Part shown: piece by piece, positions 9,618 through 19,208 of the stretch
How positions within the stretch are numbered: the first letter of the stretch is position 1
How the letters are laid out: each line of letters begins with the position of its first letter
Origin: Euglena gracilis
Taxonomy: Eukaryota
Assembly: GCA_039621445.1 (NCBI GenBank)
Contig: CP154954.1
Span: forward strand, 9,054,634 to 9,118,633
Direction of reading: 5' to 3'
Length of the DNA stretch: 64,000 nt
Position numbers and translations under genes: made by a program
The notes under the pieces: model-generated
The model's input: the letters and a program-made list of their open reading frames with translations, nothing else
Databases searched by the model: none
Told to the model about the DNA's origin: nothing

Positions 9618-10727
9618 TTACGAGATGGTGGAAGGTCGCCGTCGTTTGTTGGATGTGGTTGGGGTTTGGGTAGGGAGGAAGGTGGGAGGGAAGAGGTCGC
9701 CCGGGATGATTGGGATGAAGGGTGTTGGTGCTCCGACTGTGGGGGGAGGTTGGGGAAAGAGCCATGGGACAGTAAGTTGGGGTTCGCTGTGTGCAGGTCC
9801 AATGTATTCCCGGGCTTGTCTTGGGTTCCTCCACCTGCACCAATCCATGATGGCTTCGAGGGGAACTCCGGATTGGGACATGATGCGGGCACAGGCCCGA
9901 CGGAGAGAGTGGAAGGGGAACCCAGCAGCAGCACACGTGTGCTGGAAGACCTGTTTGTAGTGGTGGTGGAGTGTGGCCGGCGGGCAGAAGGGTGAGTCTG
10001 TGGGTTCGGCGACTTCGTAGAGGAAGAGGAGCCAAGAAAGGGTGAAGGAGGTGAGGGTTCGGGTGGTGTCCGGGGAGAGTGGGGGGCGGACCTTGGCGGC
10101 GCGGAAGTGTATGGTTGGTGATGGGGAGGAGAAGAGGAGGGAAGAGCGGGAGAGTGAGGCGGCTTCACTGTAGCGCAGGCCGAGGGAAAGCGCCAAAATG
10201 GTGAGGCCGACAGTGCGGACGTCTTGCAGCGTGGACGGCCGTATTTGGGAAAAAGCCGATGGTGGGAACCACAAGCGGTCGGAGGGGACGTGGATGCGGT
10301 CGGCGGCGGAGGAGTACTTCCACCAGGCTGGTGGGAGGGTGAGGTCGAGCCAAGAAAGGGTGGAGAGGGCTTGGAGGGCGGAGAGGACACCGCGGATGTA
10401 GGAGGAGGCGTGGCCGGCCGCGGCAAGGTGCCCCAGGTAGAGCGGGACCAAGACCACGAGGTCAGTGTCCGGAGGATAGGTGTGTGAAAAGGAGAGGAGG
10501 GAATTGATACGGGAGCAGTACGTGCGTAGGGTGGAGGTGGACCAGTGCCATAGGAGGGCGTTTCCTGGCAGGGGGGTGCGGTCGGGCTGTGCGAGGTGGT
10601 CTTTGAGCTTAGTGAGGCTGAGGTGAGGGCGGAGATGGTGCAAGGAGGTATTGGTGGGGGGAGGGGGGCAGTTTGGGAGGGGGGAGGGGTATGCTGGGGG
10701 GGGGGTTGGGTTAGGGGGGGGGGACAC
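9618..10727 (-). CDS. Tyrosine recombinase
   Basis: Catalytic set present: LGLRYSEA (R), AAKVR (K), FHSLRR (HxxR), CRW (W) and REYI (Y). N-terminal STLRTY core-binding-like region. Confidence 0.92.
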   Translation of the reverse strand: MSPPPNPTPPPAYPSPLPNCPPPPTNTSLHHLRPHLSLTKLKDHLAQPDRTPLPGNALLWHWSTSTLRTYCSRINSLLSFSHTYPPDTDLVVLVPLYLGHLAAAGHASSYIRGVLSALQALSTLSWLDLTLPPAWWKYSSAADRIHVPSDRLWFPPSAFSQIRPSTLQDVRTVGLTILALSLGLRYSEAASLSRSSLLFSSPSPTIHFRAAKVRPPLSPDTTRTLTSFTLSWLLFLYEVAEPTDSPFCPPATLHHHYKQVFQHTCAAAGFPFHSLRRACARIMSQSGVPLEAIMDWCRWRNPRQAREYIGPAHSEPQLTVPWLFPQPPPTVGAPTPFIPIIPGDLFPPTFLPTQTPTTSNKRRRPSTIS

Positions 10728-10733
10728 AGCGAG

Positions 10734-11577
10734 TCATTTGTGGGTTTGAAGCTTGGGGCATTGCCAATGCCAGTGCCTGGGGCACGGGCAATTGGAGCAA
10801 TCCTTTGGGGGCGGAGAGGAGGTGGGCCAAAGCGTTCCCTCCCGGGTTTTGTAATACTCTGTTCCTTGGTGGAACGGAAAGTTGATGTGCCGTGTGGGGT
10901 TCGCCTTTCTGGGCGGAGGCTCCCATGAGGCAGGCGTCGGAGGCAGAGAAAGGGGCTGGACTGGACGGGGGCGCATGGGTTGGCTGTTGGGAGGAGGATG
11001 AGGAGGAGCGGTGCATGTGGGGTTGGTGTGGATCTGTGGTGAGTCGTGCGGCCGGTGAGGTGTAAGTGGCGCGGTAGCGAAAATAGGTGGAGATGAGGAG
11101 GCGCCAAACGGCGAGAAGGGTGTCGTCCTCGGTCATTCCCGAGAGGGAGCGCTCCAGGATGTCGCACAAGTCGGTCATCCAGGTCGGTCCGGGGTGGAGG
11201 GAGCGGAAAGCAGTGATGTTGGTTGGGGAGAGTGTGGCGGAGAGGCTTTCAAGGGTTGGGGGAGGTGGGTTTTGTGATGGTGCGGAAAGGGCGGCGACTT
11301 GCCGGCGCAGGGCCTCCAGTTCGTCCTCTTGGAAGGTCCACTGGAGCGCCTCAGGACCACGTTCAAGGGTGGCTCTTGTGAAGAGTTCGTATGCCGAGAG
11401 GTATTGGAGGGCGACATCGTGGTCCGGGGGTTGGCTGGGATCGGGGAAGAGGGAGGCGAACCAATGTTCACCCCAGGAGGCAGAACGGAGGAGAAGGTTT
11501 GTTTTGTGGCGGGCGATGTCTGTGGGGTTGACCCCTGTCATGAAAGGAGTGGCGGGCGGCATTTTGAAGGAATTCAT
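10734..11577 (-). CDS. Gag-like protein with CCHC zinc knuckle (frame change near 10980)
   Basis: Helical ORF from ATG 11577 (MNSFKMPP..QEDELEALRRQVAAL..). CSNCPCPRHWHWQC fits C-x2-C-x4-H-x4-C at about 10758-10799 in the 10734-10976 frame. Confidence 0.7.
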
Positions 11578-12505
11578 GGAAGGAGATGGGCCCGGGGTTC
11601 TGTTCAACGTCACCGCAGAGTAGGATGGGGGTGCCGTGTGGCGAAGTTTGAGGCATGTTAGGGGCGGATATGAGGGCGATGAACACGGGCCAAGGTGCCG
11701 GAGGTGCAGGGGAGCCGTCGGGGAAGAGGAAGCAGGGGGTGGTGTGGATGGTGATGAGCCTTGTGGCGGCGGTGGTGAGGTCGGTGAACCATTGAGCCTG
11801 GCTGAAAGGGAACAGAACCAGCGCGTGCGGTCGTTCGTGCAGGACTTTTTTGGTGACCAGGGGCAAGAGGTAGAAAGGTGGGTTGATCCAAAGGAAGCCC
11901 AGGTGGCTCCAGGTCCTGTTGAGGGCGGAGGAAGCTTCCGAGAAAAAGTTGGTGGTTTGTGCGTTGCTAGCTGAGGCGAAGAGGTCAAGGTCCGGTGGAG
12001 GGAGCGACCAGAAGTCCAGGATGCCCCAGAGGGGGGGGGGGCGGAAGACGAAGTGCCGGCTGGGGGGACCCGGGTTTGGTTGGATGTCTCCGCAGCGGAC
12101 GACCCAGTTCGGACCCCAGGTGACCTTCCAGAGGGTGAGGCCGTAGTTCCCAGGGGTGGCAGCCGGGGGAAAGTCATAGTGGTCGTGGCAGGGATTGGGG
12201 TCGTGGTGCTCGCCCCTTTTTTGGCATGCCGCCGGGGTGGGGGCGGGGGTCCTTCGCTCCCACCCATCCAGCATTTTTGGGAGGAGTCCGGCTAGAAGGC
12301 AGGCACAGAGGAGGTAGATCATTGATCTGGCAGACTGCAGTCCCATCACTGGCGGAGACAGGGCTTTTGCACAGGGTGGGGGGTGGGGGGGGAGGCCGCG
12401 GAGCCACTCCGACAGAAAGGTTGTTTGGGCAGGGGGGGGCCGAAGTTTCGGCAGAATACTTCGCAGGTCTTCCATTTCTTCATCACAAAGGGAAAGGGGA
12501 TCCAA
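11468..12505 (-). CDS. Dam-like N6-adenine DNA methyltransferase domain flanked by two 2A-like motifs
   Basis: DLDLFAS..NA and LWINPPF motifs, as in DIRS-type MT domains. VVRCGDIQPNPGP ends at 12065 and ILLCGDVEQNPGP ends at 11588. Confidence 0.85.
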   Translation of the reverse strand: MDPLSLCDEEMEDLRSILPKLRPPPAQTTFLSEWLRGLPPHPPPCAKALSPPVMGLQSARSMIYLLCACLLAGLLPKMLDGWERRTPAPTPAACQKRGEHHDPNPCHDHYDFPPAATPGNYGLTLWKVTWGPNWVVRCGDIQPNPGPPSRHFVFRPPPLWGILDFWSLPPPDLDLFASASNAQTTNFFSEASSALNRTWSHLGFLWINPPFYLLPLVTKKVLHERPHALVLFPFSQAQWFTDLTTAATRLITIHTTPCFLFPDGSPAPPAPWPVFIALISAPNMPQTSPHGTPILLCGDVEQNPGPISFHEFLQNAARHSFHDRGQPHRHRPPQNKPSPPFCLLG

Positions 12506-12624
12506 GCCAGTGGGGGAGGGGGGGGCGACTGAAATGGGGGAGGGGGGTGCAGAAGGCCCTGGGAGGGGGGGGGGTGGGGTTAGCCTGGTTAGGGAGGAAA
12601 TGATTCCTCAATTGTTCATATAAT

Positions 12625-13347
12625 TCAGCTGTAATTTGGATAGTGGGGGTGGGGTTGGGAGGTGGTGGTCCAGGGGGGGGGAGGGACATCCCGGCCAACA
12701 TCCCCACCGCAGGGGCCCACTGGGCCACAGGGGTGGGGAGGGCCGGGGGGGGGAGGGGGAAAGAAGGTGTGGAATGGCAGTGTGTGTGGTAGGTTGGTGT
12801 TGATGTAAGTTTGGGTGGGAAGGGGTGGTGCCAATTGTCTTTGCAGGGCCCGCAGGGCCTCTGTAATTGGGACAATTGGCACCACAGGTGGGGGGGGGAG
12901 GGGGGGGGGAGGGGGCACAAAACGGGGATGGCGATTGTAATGGGGAATGTGCTGGGGATGGGGGCGGTGTTCGTTTACGTCTCCTTTGCTTCCTTGGTTT
13001 CCAAACTCCGGGTTCTTCTTGCCAGCGCCAGGGTTTTGCTCCACAGCTTGGTTGTCGTGCTTCTTGGCTTGCCTTTGGGCTTTTTGCTTGCACACCTTGG
13101 TCAAATGTGGCTTTTTCTGGGATTGCTTGATTCCGGGTAATCGAACTCGGAGGGGGGCTGGTGCCAGCGCTTGCTTCAGCCGCCTTGCTCGACGCTTCTG
13201 GCTCCTGGTTTGGCCATCCTTTTGCGTGGCTGCCTGCTCTTGTCGCTTTCTCTCCACAATCTCTTCGATGGTCAGACTGGCGACGCTCGAAATGTCGGAT
13301 ATTGTTGAGAGTTCCTCGCTGTCACTTGACTTTCCAGTTTCAGGCAT
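12625..13347 (-). CDS. ORF1 of the YR element: basic/coiled-coil then proline-rich, probably continuing into the MT ORF through frameshifts in C runs
   Basis: ATG at 13347 just inside repeat A1. The overlapping ORFs 12483-12920 and 11468-12505 are separated by homopolymer tracts. Confidence 0.55.
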   Translation of the reverse strand: MPETGKSSDSEELSTISDISSVASLTIEEIVERKRQEQAATQKDGQTRSQKRRARRLKQALAPAPLRVRLPGIKQSQKKPHLTKVCKQKAQRQAKKHDNQAVEQNPGAGKKNPEFGNQGSKGDVNEHRPHPQHIPHYNRHPRFVPPPPPLPPPPVVPIVPITEALRALQRQLAPPLPTQTYINTNLPHTLPFHTFFPPPPPGPPHPCGPVGPCGGDVGRDVPPPPWTTTSQPHPHYPNYS

Positions 13348-13354
13348 CGTATTC

Positions 13355-13451
13355 AGTGTTCTTCCTTCGTGAAAGGCACTAGAGGGATAGTGGAGGGTAT
13401 CTTTGATGCCTAATTGCCTGTCGCGGATCTGGCGATCAGAGATCGTAGGAT
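13355..13451 (-). repeat. Split direct repeat A1 (5' end of element)
   Basis: Identical to 7696-7792. Confidence 0.9.
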
Positions 13452-14015
13452 TCGGGGACCCCTCCCCCAAATCCTACTGAGATTCGCGCCGCAGGAGGCG
13501 GCATCCAAAACAAGTTCACTCAGCTCCTTTGTACATTACACCCACAGTATAATCTACCCGCGACCTGTGGCGGTACAGGGAGTCACAAGGGGGTTCCTCT
13601 TGTGGCGAGGGCCAAAAGAGACGTTTCCCTGGGCCCGGGGCACGGTTTGGGTGAAGCTGTGCTACCCACCGTGTGATCAGACATAAAGAAAAGTTCACCA
13701 CCCCATTTTGAGTCGTTGAATTCTGGGTCCAACCACGCCTCCCATCAGCCGTTATTCCATTTCCAGAATCGGTCAAATTTCACATGCACTGAAATTTGAT
13801 GTTTGATGACAGTTGTTTCAACACTTGGACCAGTCTGGTTTGCAACAGGGGGACCTTGGGGTTTTCTGGATTTCTTTGTTTCAAACCAAAGGGACCAGTG
13901 ATTCTGTTTTTCCCATTCTCAACACTTGCCCATTTTAGCACATATTTGCCCAATATTTAGCACAATTGTTGAAGTTGTCTATGTTAGTTCCAAATTCAAC
14001 TTCTTCGCCAGTGGG

Positions 14016-14025
14016 TTTTTTCCAG
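14016..14025 (+). promoter_or_regulatory. Probable SL trans-splice acceptor
   Basis: Pyrimidine tract TTTTTTCCAG ending 3 nt before the ATG at 14029. Confidence 0.6.
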
Positions 14026-14028
14026 AGC

Positions 14029-14378
14029 ATGATCGGTCACGCCCTGCAAGCCGCCACCGGCCGACGTGAGCACCACCCTGCTTTGGTTATGTACCTTCTC
14101 ACCATCCTTCTCCTCTGTCTTGCCATCCTCCTGGGGTTCATTTCGCTGTTTGTTCCCTGGGTTCAAATGGATGCCGCCATCGGCACCCGTGTCTTTTCGT
14201 ACCCATTCAAGACGTGCTATGTTCAAACCTTCAGCCCTGTGAATCAGCAGACTTGCATGGACAACGACTTCATCGTCGGCCCCAAGGGTGCCCCCTTGAC
14301 CGGAGGAAACAACACGTGCAAGCAATTCCTCCTTGTTGCGATCGCCCTTGGGTTCGTTGGCTTCCTTATTGCACTTCT
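14029..14378 (+). CDS. Exon 1 of a 257-aa four-TM protein (claudin/PMP22/amastin-like topology)
   Basis: Encodes TM1 LLTILLLCLAILLGFISLFVPW, a Cys-containing loop and the start of TM2 FLLVAIALGFVGFLIALL. Joins in frame to 22672. Confidence 0.85.
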
Positions 14379-14981
14379 GACAAGGGTTTCGGCTCTCATA
14401 CTCACACTCTTTCACGCACTTTTCCGTCAGTCGATCCACGCCAAAACCACTCGATTCACACCCTTTCGTCATAAATCACAGATGATGTTGACCTTATGAC
14501 GTCATTCCTCAGCTGCACACTCCTGTATGACGTCACACGGTTCCAACTGAACAAGGCGGAATGGGGTGTGGATGGACTTATGAAATTGATGCACAGGCAT
14601 GAGATATGGAGGTCGGTCTGACCAGGTCGGCCCGTCCTCCACTTTTTCTTTTGATTGGTTCAAAATGTTTTAAAAACTTCCAAAAATGGCCAAAAAAGCC
14701 AGTTCCATAAAACGCAGCACGCTGTGTTTTCCCACTCCAAACAGAGCATTTTTTCTTGGTCCTGGCATCATAAACTGAAAATATTTCGGAAACAAGATTC
14801 TGGGTGATACTGCGGGAACAGATGGGAAATTTTGTTTTTGAACCCTTTTCCGGGAAACCAACCCTCCAGAGCCCAACTCCTCACGGTTCCAGAGCGGCTC
14901 TCGGTGTTTGACCCGGTCCAAAATCCATGTTTCTTTTCCCATCCATGTTTCATTTTAGCTTGTTGTGTGTGGAGCACTTTG

Positions 14982-15144
14982 GGTACCCCTTCGTTAAACG
15001 ACCCCCACCGAAAATTTTCAAGTTGGAAGGGGTTATTTGAAGGAGTAGGGTTAGGGCAACATGGCCATGTTGCCCTAACCCTACCTCCTTCAAATAACCC
15101 AATAATAACCCATTTGGGTGGGGGTCGTTGAGCGAAGGAGTACC
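14982..15144. mobile_element. MITE with GGTAC..GTACC termini
   Basis: TIRs GGTACCCCTTCGTTAAACGACCCCCACC and GGTGGGGGTCGTTGAGCGAAGGAGTACC, flanked by CACTTTG and CACTTTT. Confidence 0.75.
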
Positions 15145-15151
15145 CACTTTT

Positions 15152-16164
15152 GTTACTCCTTCGCTAAACGACCCCCACCCAGAATTTTACAAGTCGGCCT
15201 TGGAAAAGAATAAAAATAAAAACAGGGTTAGGGTTAGGAGTAGGGTTAGGGTTCGGGTTGGGTCAGGGTCAGGGTGGGGTTAGGGTCAGGGTGCATCGCA
15301 CAATGACGTGATAAATTGGCCCCTACAGGGTACCAGCTGCCCCCGGGGGGGGGGGGGGCTGGGACCCCCCCCCCCAAAATCTGGCCCGTTAAAGGCAATT
15401 TTCAAAAATTTTCGGCGCGTCGCGCCGAAAAGGTATACCCAGCGCCTCCGGCGCGCCCCCCCCCCCCCCCCCCCCCCCGGGGGGGGGTTTGGCCCGGACC
15501 CCCCCACCCCCCCCCCCTCCCCCCCCGGGGGGGGGGGGGGGTAAGGTGACTTAAAAAGAAGCCTGATTATGACACTATTTAAAGGAGTAGGGTTGGGGTT
15601 AAGAGTCTCATGCAACCAGTTGAACCATTCCCACTCAGCTTCGTTATATTGGCCTCTAGCGAACCCAAAGAGCCGCCCAACCAGGGTTGACCAACATGGG
15701 TGGACCCGAGCAAGGCGCCGAAGGCAGAGCGAGGGTCCACCCATGTGTATTAACCCTGGTTGGGCGGGTCTTTGGGGGGGTCCCGCGCCACCCTGGGTGG
15801 GTGGGGGGGGACCCCCCTCCCCCCCGGGGGTCTTAAAAAGAAGCCTGGTCATAATACCACATTTTGGGGCTCAAGGGGGCTTCCTTGTCCACATGGGTGG
15901 AACGGCTATATACTGAAAAAAATAGACACTCAGACAGTGTACACAGTACACGGAGCGGGGCGGACAAGGAGCCCCACCGGGCATTCACTGAGGTGGGCGG
16001 GCGGTTTGACGGTTTCGGCACACGGCCACGTACGGGAAAAACGGGTGGCGCGGACTTTACAACCCACAACGGACACACTCTGAAAATCTTCTGCACGGAG
16101 GGTTGTTGGGGGGGAGAACCGGCTTGTCATTTTGGAGGTGGGGGTCATTTAGCGAAGGAGTGCC
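15152..16164. mobile_element. Same-family MITE in tandem, with nested inserts, TTAGGG-like repeats and an SL-gene fragment
   Basis: TIRs GTTACTCCTTCGCTAAACGACCCCCACC and GGTGGGGGTCATTTAGCGAAGGAGTGCC, with CACTTTT on both sides. Confidence 0.7.
15870..15938 (-). pseudogene. Decayed spliced-leader RNA gene (exon plus start of intron); 3' limit approximate
   Basis: Minus strand reads ACTGTCTGAGTGTCTATTTTTTTCA|GTATATAGCCGTT: an SL exon with two substitutions and one T fewer, followed by a GTATA donor. Confidence 0.8.
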
Positions 16165-16216
16165 CACTTTTGAGGGGACTAAGTTCATCAACAGCGTTTG
16201 CCCGTGAACAATAGTG

Positions 16217-16655
16217 GGTACTTGTCTGTTATCGTACGACATACCCCCCCCCTTTTGGTTATGGTACGACACCCATTTTTTGGGTTATTTAGGGTTAATT
16301 AAAGGTATAGGGTTAGGTGCGCACATGCCATGTTGCGCTACATGGCCACGTTGCGCTACATGGCCATGTTGCGCTACATGGCCATGTAGCGCAACATGGC
16401 TGTGTAGCGCAACATGGCCATTAGCGCACCTAACCCTACTCCTTCAATAGCCCCATAATAGCGCTACATGGCCTTGTAGCGCAACCTGGCTGTGTAGCGC
16501 AACGTGGCCGTGTAGCGCAACATGGCCATGTAGCGCAACGTGGCCATTAGCGCCTAACCCTATTCCTTTAAATAACCCTAAAACAACTCAAAAAACAGGT
16601 GTCGTACCATAACCAAAAGGAGGGGGGTTATGTCGTACGATAACAGACAAGTACC
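16217..16655. mobile_element. Foldback MITE with GG..CC termini and 8-bp TSD (Merlin-like)
   Basis: TIR GGTACTTGTCTGTTATCGTACGACATA. TSD CAATAGTG at 16209-16216 and 16656-16663. Internal 18-bp GTTGCGCTACATGGCCA repeats in both orientations. Confidence 0.85.
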
Positions 16656-18485
16656 CAATAGTGTTTACCCCTACAACAGTGTTTACCTAAAGACTTGCAC
16701 ACAAAAAAATTTTTCACAGAGGATTTTTGTGGCAGCCGTAACCCTGGCTGTGCCCTGCGTTGAAGTCCTGAACAAACGCAACATTTATTAACCCCCCAGA
16801 TTGGCAGTTCGGGTTAGGGTCAGTGTTAGGGTTTGGGCTCGTTGCGGGAAATTGGTGTTGGATTTTGGTGGTCGCCAGCGACTGTTGGTGATGGCCTAGC
16901 TACCATTGGTGATTGGGCCGACCAGACGACCACCAATAATTACTCCCCCCCCCAAAACAGTTTCCAGGCCCCCTCCCCCAAAAAAATCAAACAAATATGA
17001 AGGAAAATGACTCAAAACCCACCCAAATGCCTTCAAAAACCTCCATTCGGGGGGTCAATTTGTAAAAAAAAAAATTGGGTAGTGAGTTCTTTTTGGGCTG
17101 TTCTGCTGAAGGCGCCTGTGCAAGCTGCCGCTGCACAACAAAATCCCCTTCTGTGTGCAAGGCAACAATGGCCGAATCGAGCTCCCTGGTGAACTTAGTC
17201 GGCCAACGGTCTCCGCCTCCCCCCCCCCCCACACGGACACCCCCACCCTCCAACAGCAAAATACCCTTGTGTGTGCAAGGCAACGATGGCCAACCATGGC
17301 TCCGTGATGAACTTAGTTGGCCAACGGCCTCCTCCTGCCCCCCCCACGGACGCCCCACCCTCCAATGGCAATATCCCCTTGTGTATGCAGGGCAACGCTG
17401 GCCGAATTGCCATCCCTGATGAAGGGTCAGGGTTAGGCAGCGGTGGGATAGTAACAGTAATAGTAATAGGATAGTAATAGTAAATAGATGATAATGCGAA
17501 ACAGTACCGATGTATTATAACATTCCGATTATTTTCCCCGGTGGAATATTTCCCCCCCACTTTTCGCCCGAAAACAGAAAAGTTGGACCTGGGTGATTAT
17601 TCCCCCCCCCAAATTTTTCAGATGATCCGGATGGTAGACAAACTCAAAGCCAGTACACAGGCTGTGCTTGACTCACTTGCGGCGAGGGCGCAGTTTGCAA
17701 GCTGTGCATCCAGCTGCGCAGATCGGCAGCCGGAGCGTCGTCATGACACTCGGCGTCAAGGCCGTCGTCAATGTCAACCTCCTCCCCCTGCCCCTGCCCA
17801 GAAATTTGGTTAGATGAAGAAGCGGAGTCTGCAGGAGGTAAACCCGGGCGATTATTCCCCCGCCTCCTAGTTTTCGGCTCCGTGGGGGGGGGGGTAGAAT
17901 CAAAAATTGATAGTACCAGGCATGCCCCCTCATGCATGGACCATGCTGCCCGCTGGATGTCACTTTGCGAAAATGGCACCTGAATTTACACCCCCGCCCC
18001 TTCAAAAACCAAATTGTGCCTCTTATCCCTCATCAGACAAAGAAAAATTGGTACTTGTTCGCCACTCGACCGCCACCTCCAAAATGACAAGGCAGTTTCC
18101 TTGAGCCCAGAAACGGGGTGTTATGGTGTTATTTGAAGAACAGGGTAGGGTTGTGACATGCCCAGCCAAATGCTCGGCTGCCGAAGGGCAGGGCAGAACG
18201 GGAATCGGCCAAACAGCCAGGGTGGGGGGGGGTCGACCACCCCCCCCCCCCACCACCTCTTACATCCACCACAGGATTTTCACTGGATTTTGACCAGAAA
18301 ATTTTTTGAAAATCACTTTGAAAAATGAACCCCAAACATGTGATTTTTTGATGGAAAACCACATTTTTTTTCAAAAAAAAATCTCAAAAATTTCAGGGTT
18401 AAAAATTGGTAGTTTTCAGGAGGGGGGTGAAAAAAATGCAGGTCAAAAAAAAGTGGACCAAATTTTGGCACAGTCAAATTTTACT

Positions 18486-18520
<35 letters not shown>

Positions 18521-18792
18521 TTCTCTTTGAATTTTTTTGGACTTTCAATGGCATTTTTTTTTTGCTTCAAAAACCTCTCAAAATCAATGTTGAATTGTTG
18601 AAGGTGTGAAAAAATGGGGTTTTGAGGGGGTTTTGGAGGGACCTCCCATACCATGGTATATACCATGGTATGGGTCCCAAAATGGGTCAAAAAAACACCC
18701 GGCGCCGGAAAGTTTTGGGTCCAAAAATTGGTGCTCCCGGAAATACGGTCAGAATCCGGTGAAAATGCTGTGGTGGGTGGGGGGGTTGACCC

Positions 18793-19133
18793 CAGGGTTC
18801 GACATAAGGAGGGCGTACACGGTTTAGGTGGCGGGGTGTCCCCCCCCCCCCCCCCCCCCCCCCTCCTGGCCCGTAGGGGGGACCGGACCGACCCGGGACC
18901 CCCCCCCCCAAAGGTCAATTTCTTCCTCCGGCGCTTCGCGCCAGAGTTTTTTGGTAATTTTCTGCCATTGACCTGATGAAAAAACACAATGTGCTGCTTG
19001 CTCTTTGATTTCGCTGGATGTCAAATTTTTGGCCCGGCTCTTCGCACCGGGCCGAAAACCGGTCACCCGGACCACGTTTAGGTGGGGGGGGGGGTCCGGA
19101 CCCCCCCCCCACCTGTCCTTATATCGAACCCTG
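18793..19133. mobile_element. hAT-like MITE
   Basis: TIRs CAGGGTTCGACATAAGGA and TCCTTATATCGAACCCTG. Flanks GTTGACCC and GTCGACCC match at 7 of 8 positions. Confidence 0.8.
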
Positions 19134-19208
19134 GTCGACCCCCCCCCACCAGGCCCTCCTGTTCTGCCCTGCCAGAGGGTCACGGTGAGAGGTGCGGTTG
19201 GGGTTTTA

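Larger units (their letters stand above)
7557..13451 (-). mobile_element. Tyrosine-recombinase retrotransposon with split direct repeats (A1...B1-A2-B2), VIPER/TATE-like gene order and an MTase domain
   Basis: 97-bp A repeats at 13355-13451 and 7696-7792; 44-bp B repeats at 7789-7832 and 7557-7600. GGAT core at both ends and at the internal B1/A2 junction. ORFs for gag, YR and RT/RNase H. Confidence 0.92.

Noticed and set aside
9077-11167. 696-aa Pro/Ser-rich ORF overlapping YR
   Set aside because: Most likely a shadow frame of the extremely C-rich sense strand with no motifs, although its last part could be the frameshifted RT N-terminus.
13020-13050. AVEQNPGA in ORF1 as a third 2A motif
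   Set aside because: It lacks the essential D and the final P of DxExNPGP.
13966-14499. Single-exon 177-aa ORF as the complete gene
   Set aside because: The sequence after 14378 is intronic. The spliced model gives a coherent four-TM protein with paired intron ends.
14496-14535. Two TGACGTCA palindromes 31 bp apart near the start of intron 1
   Set aside because: They resemble bZIP sites, but there is no evidence for function and they could be chance.
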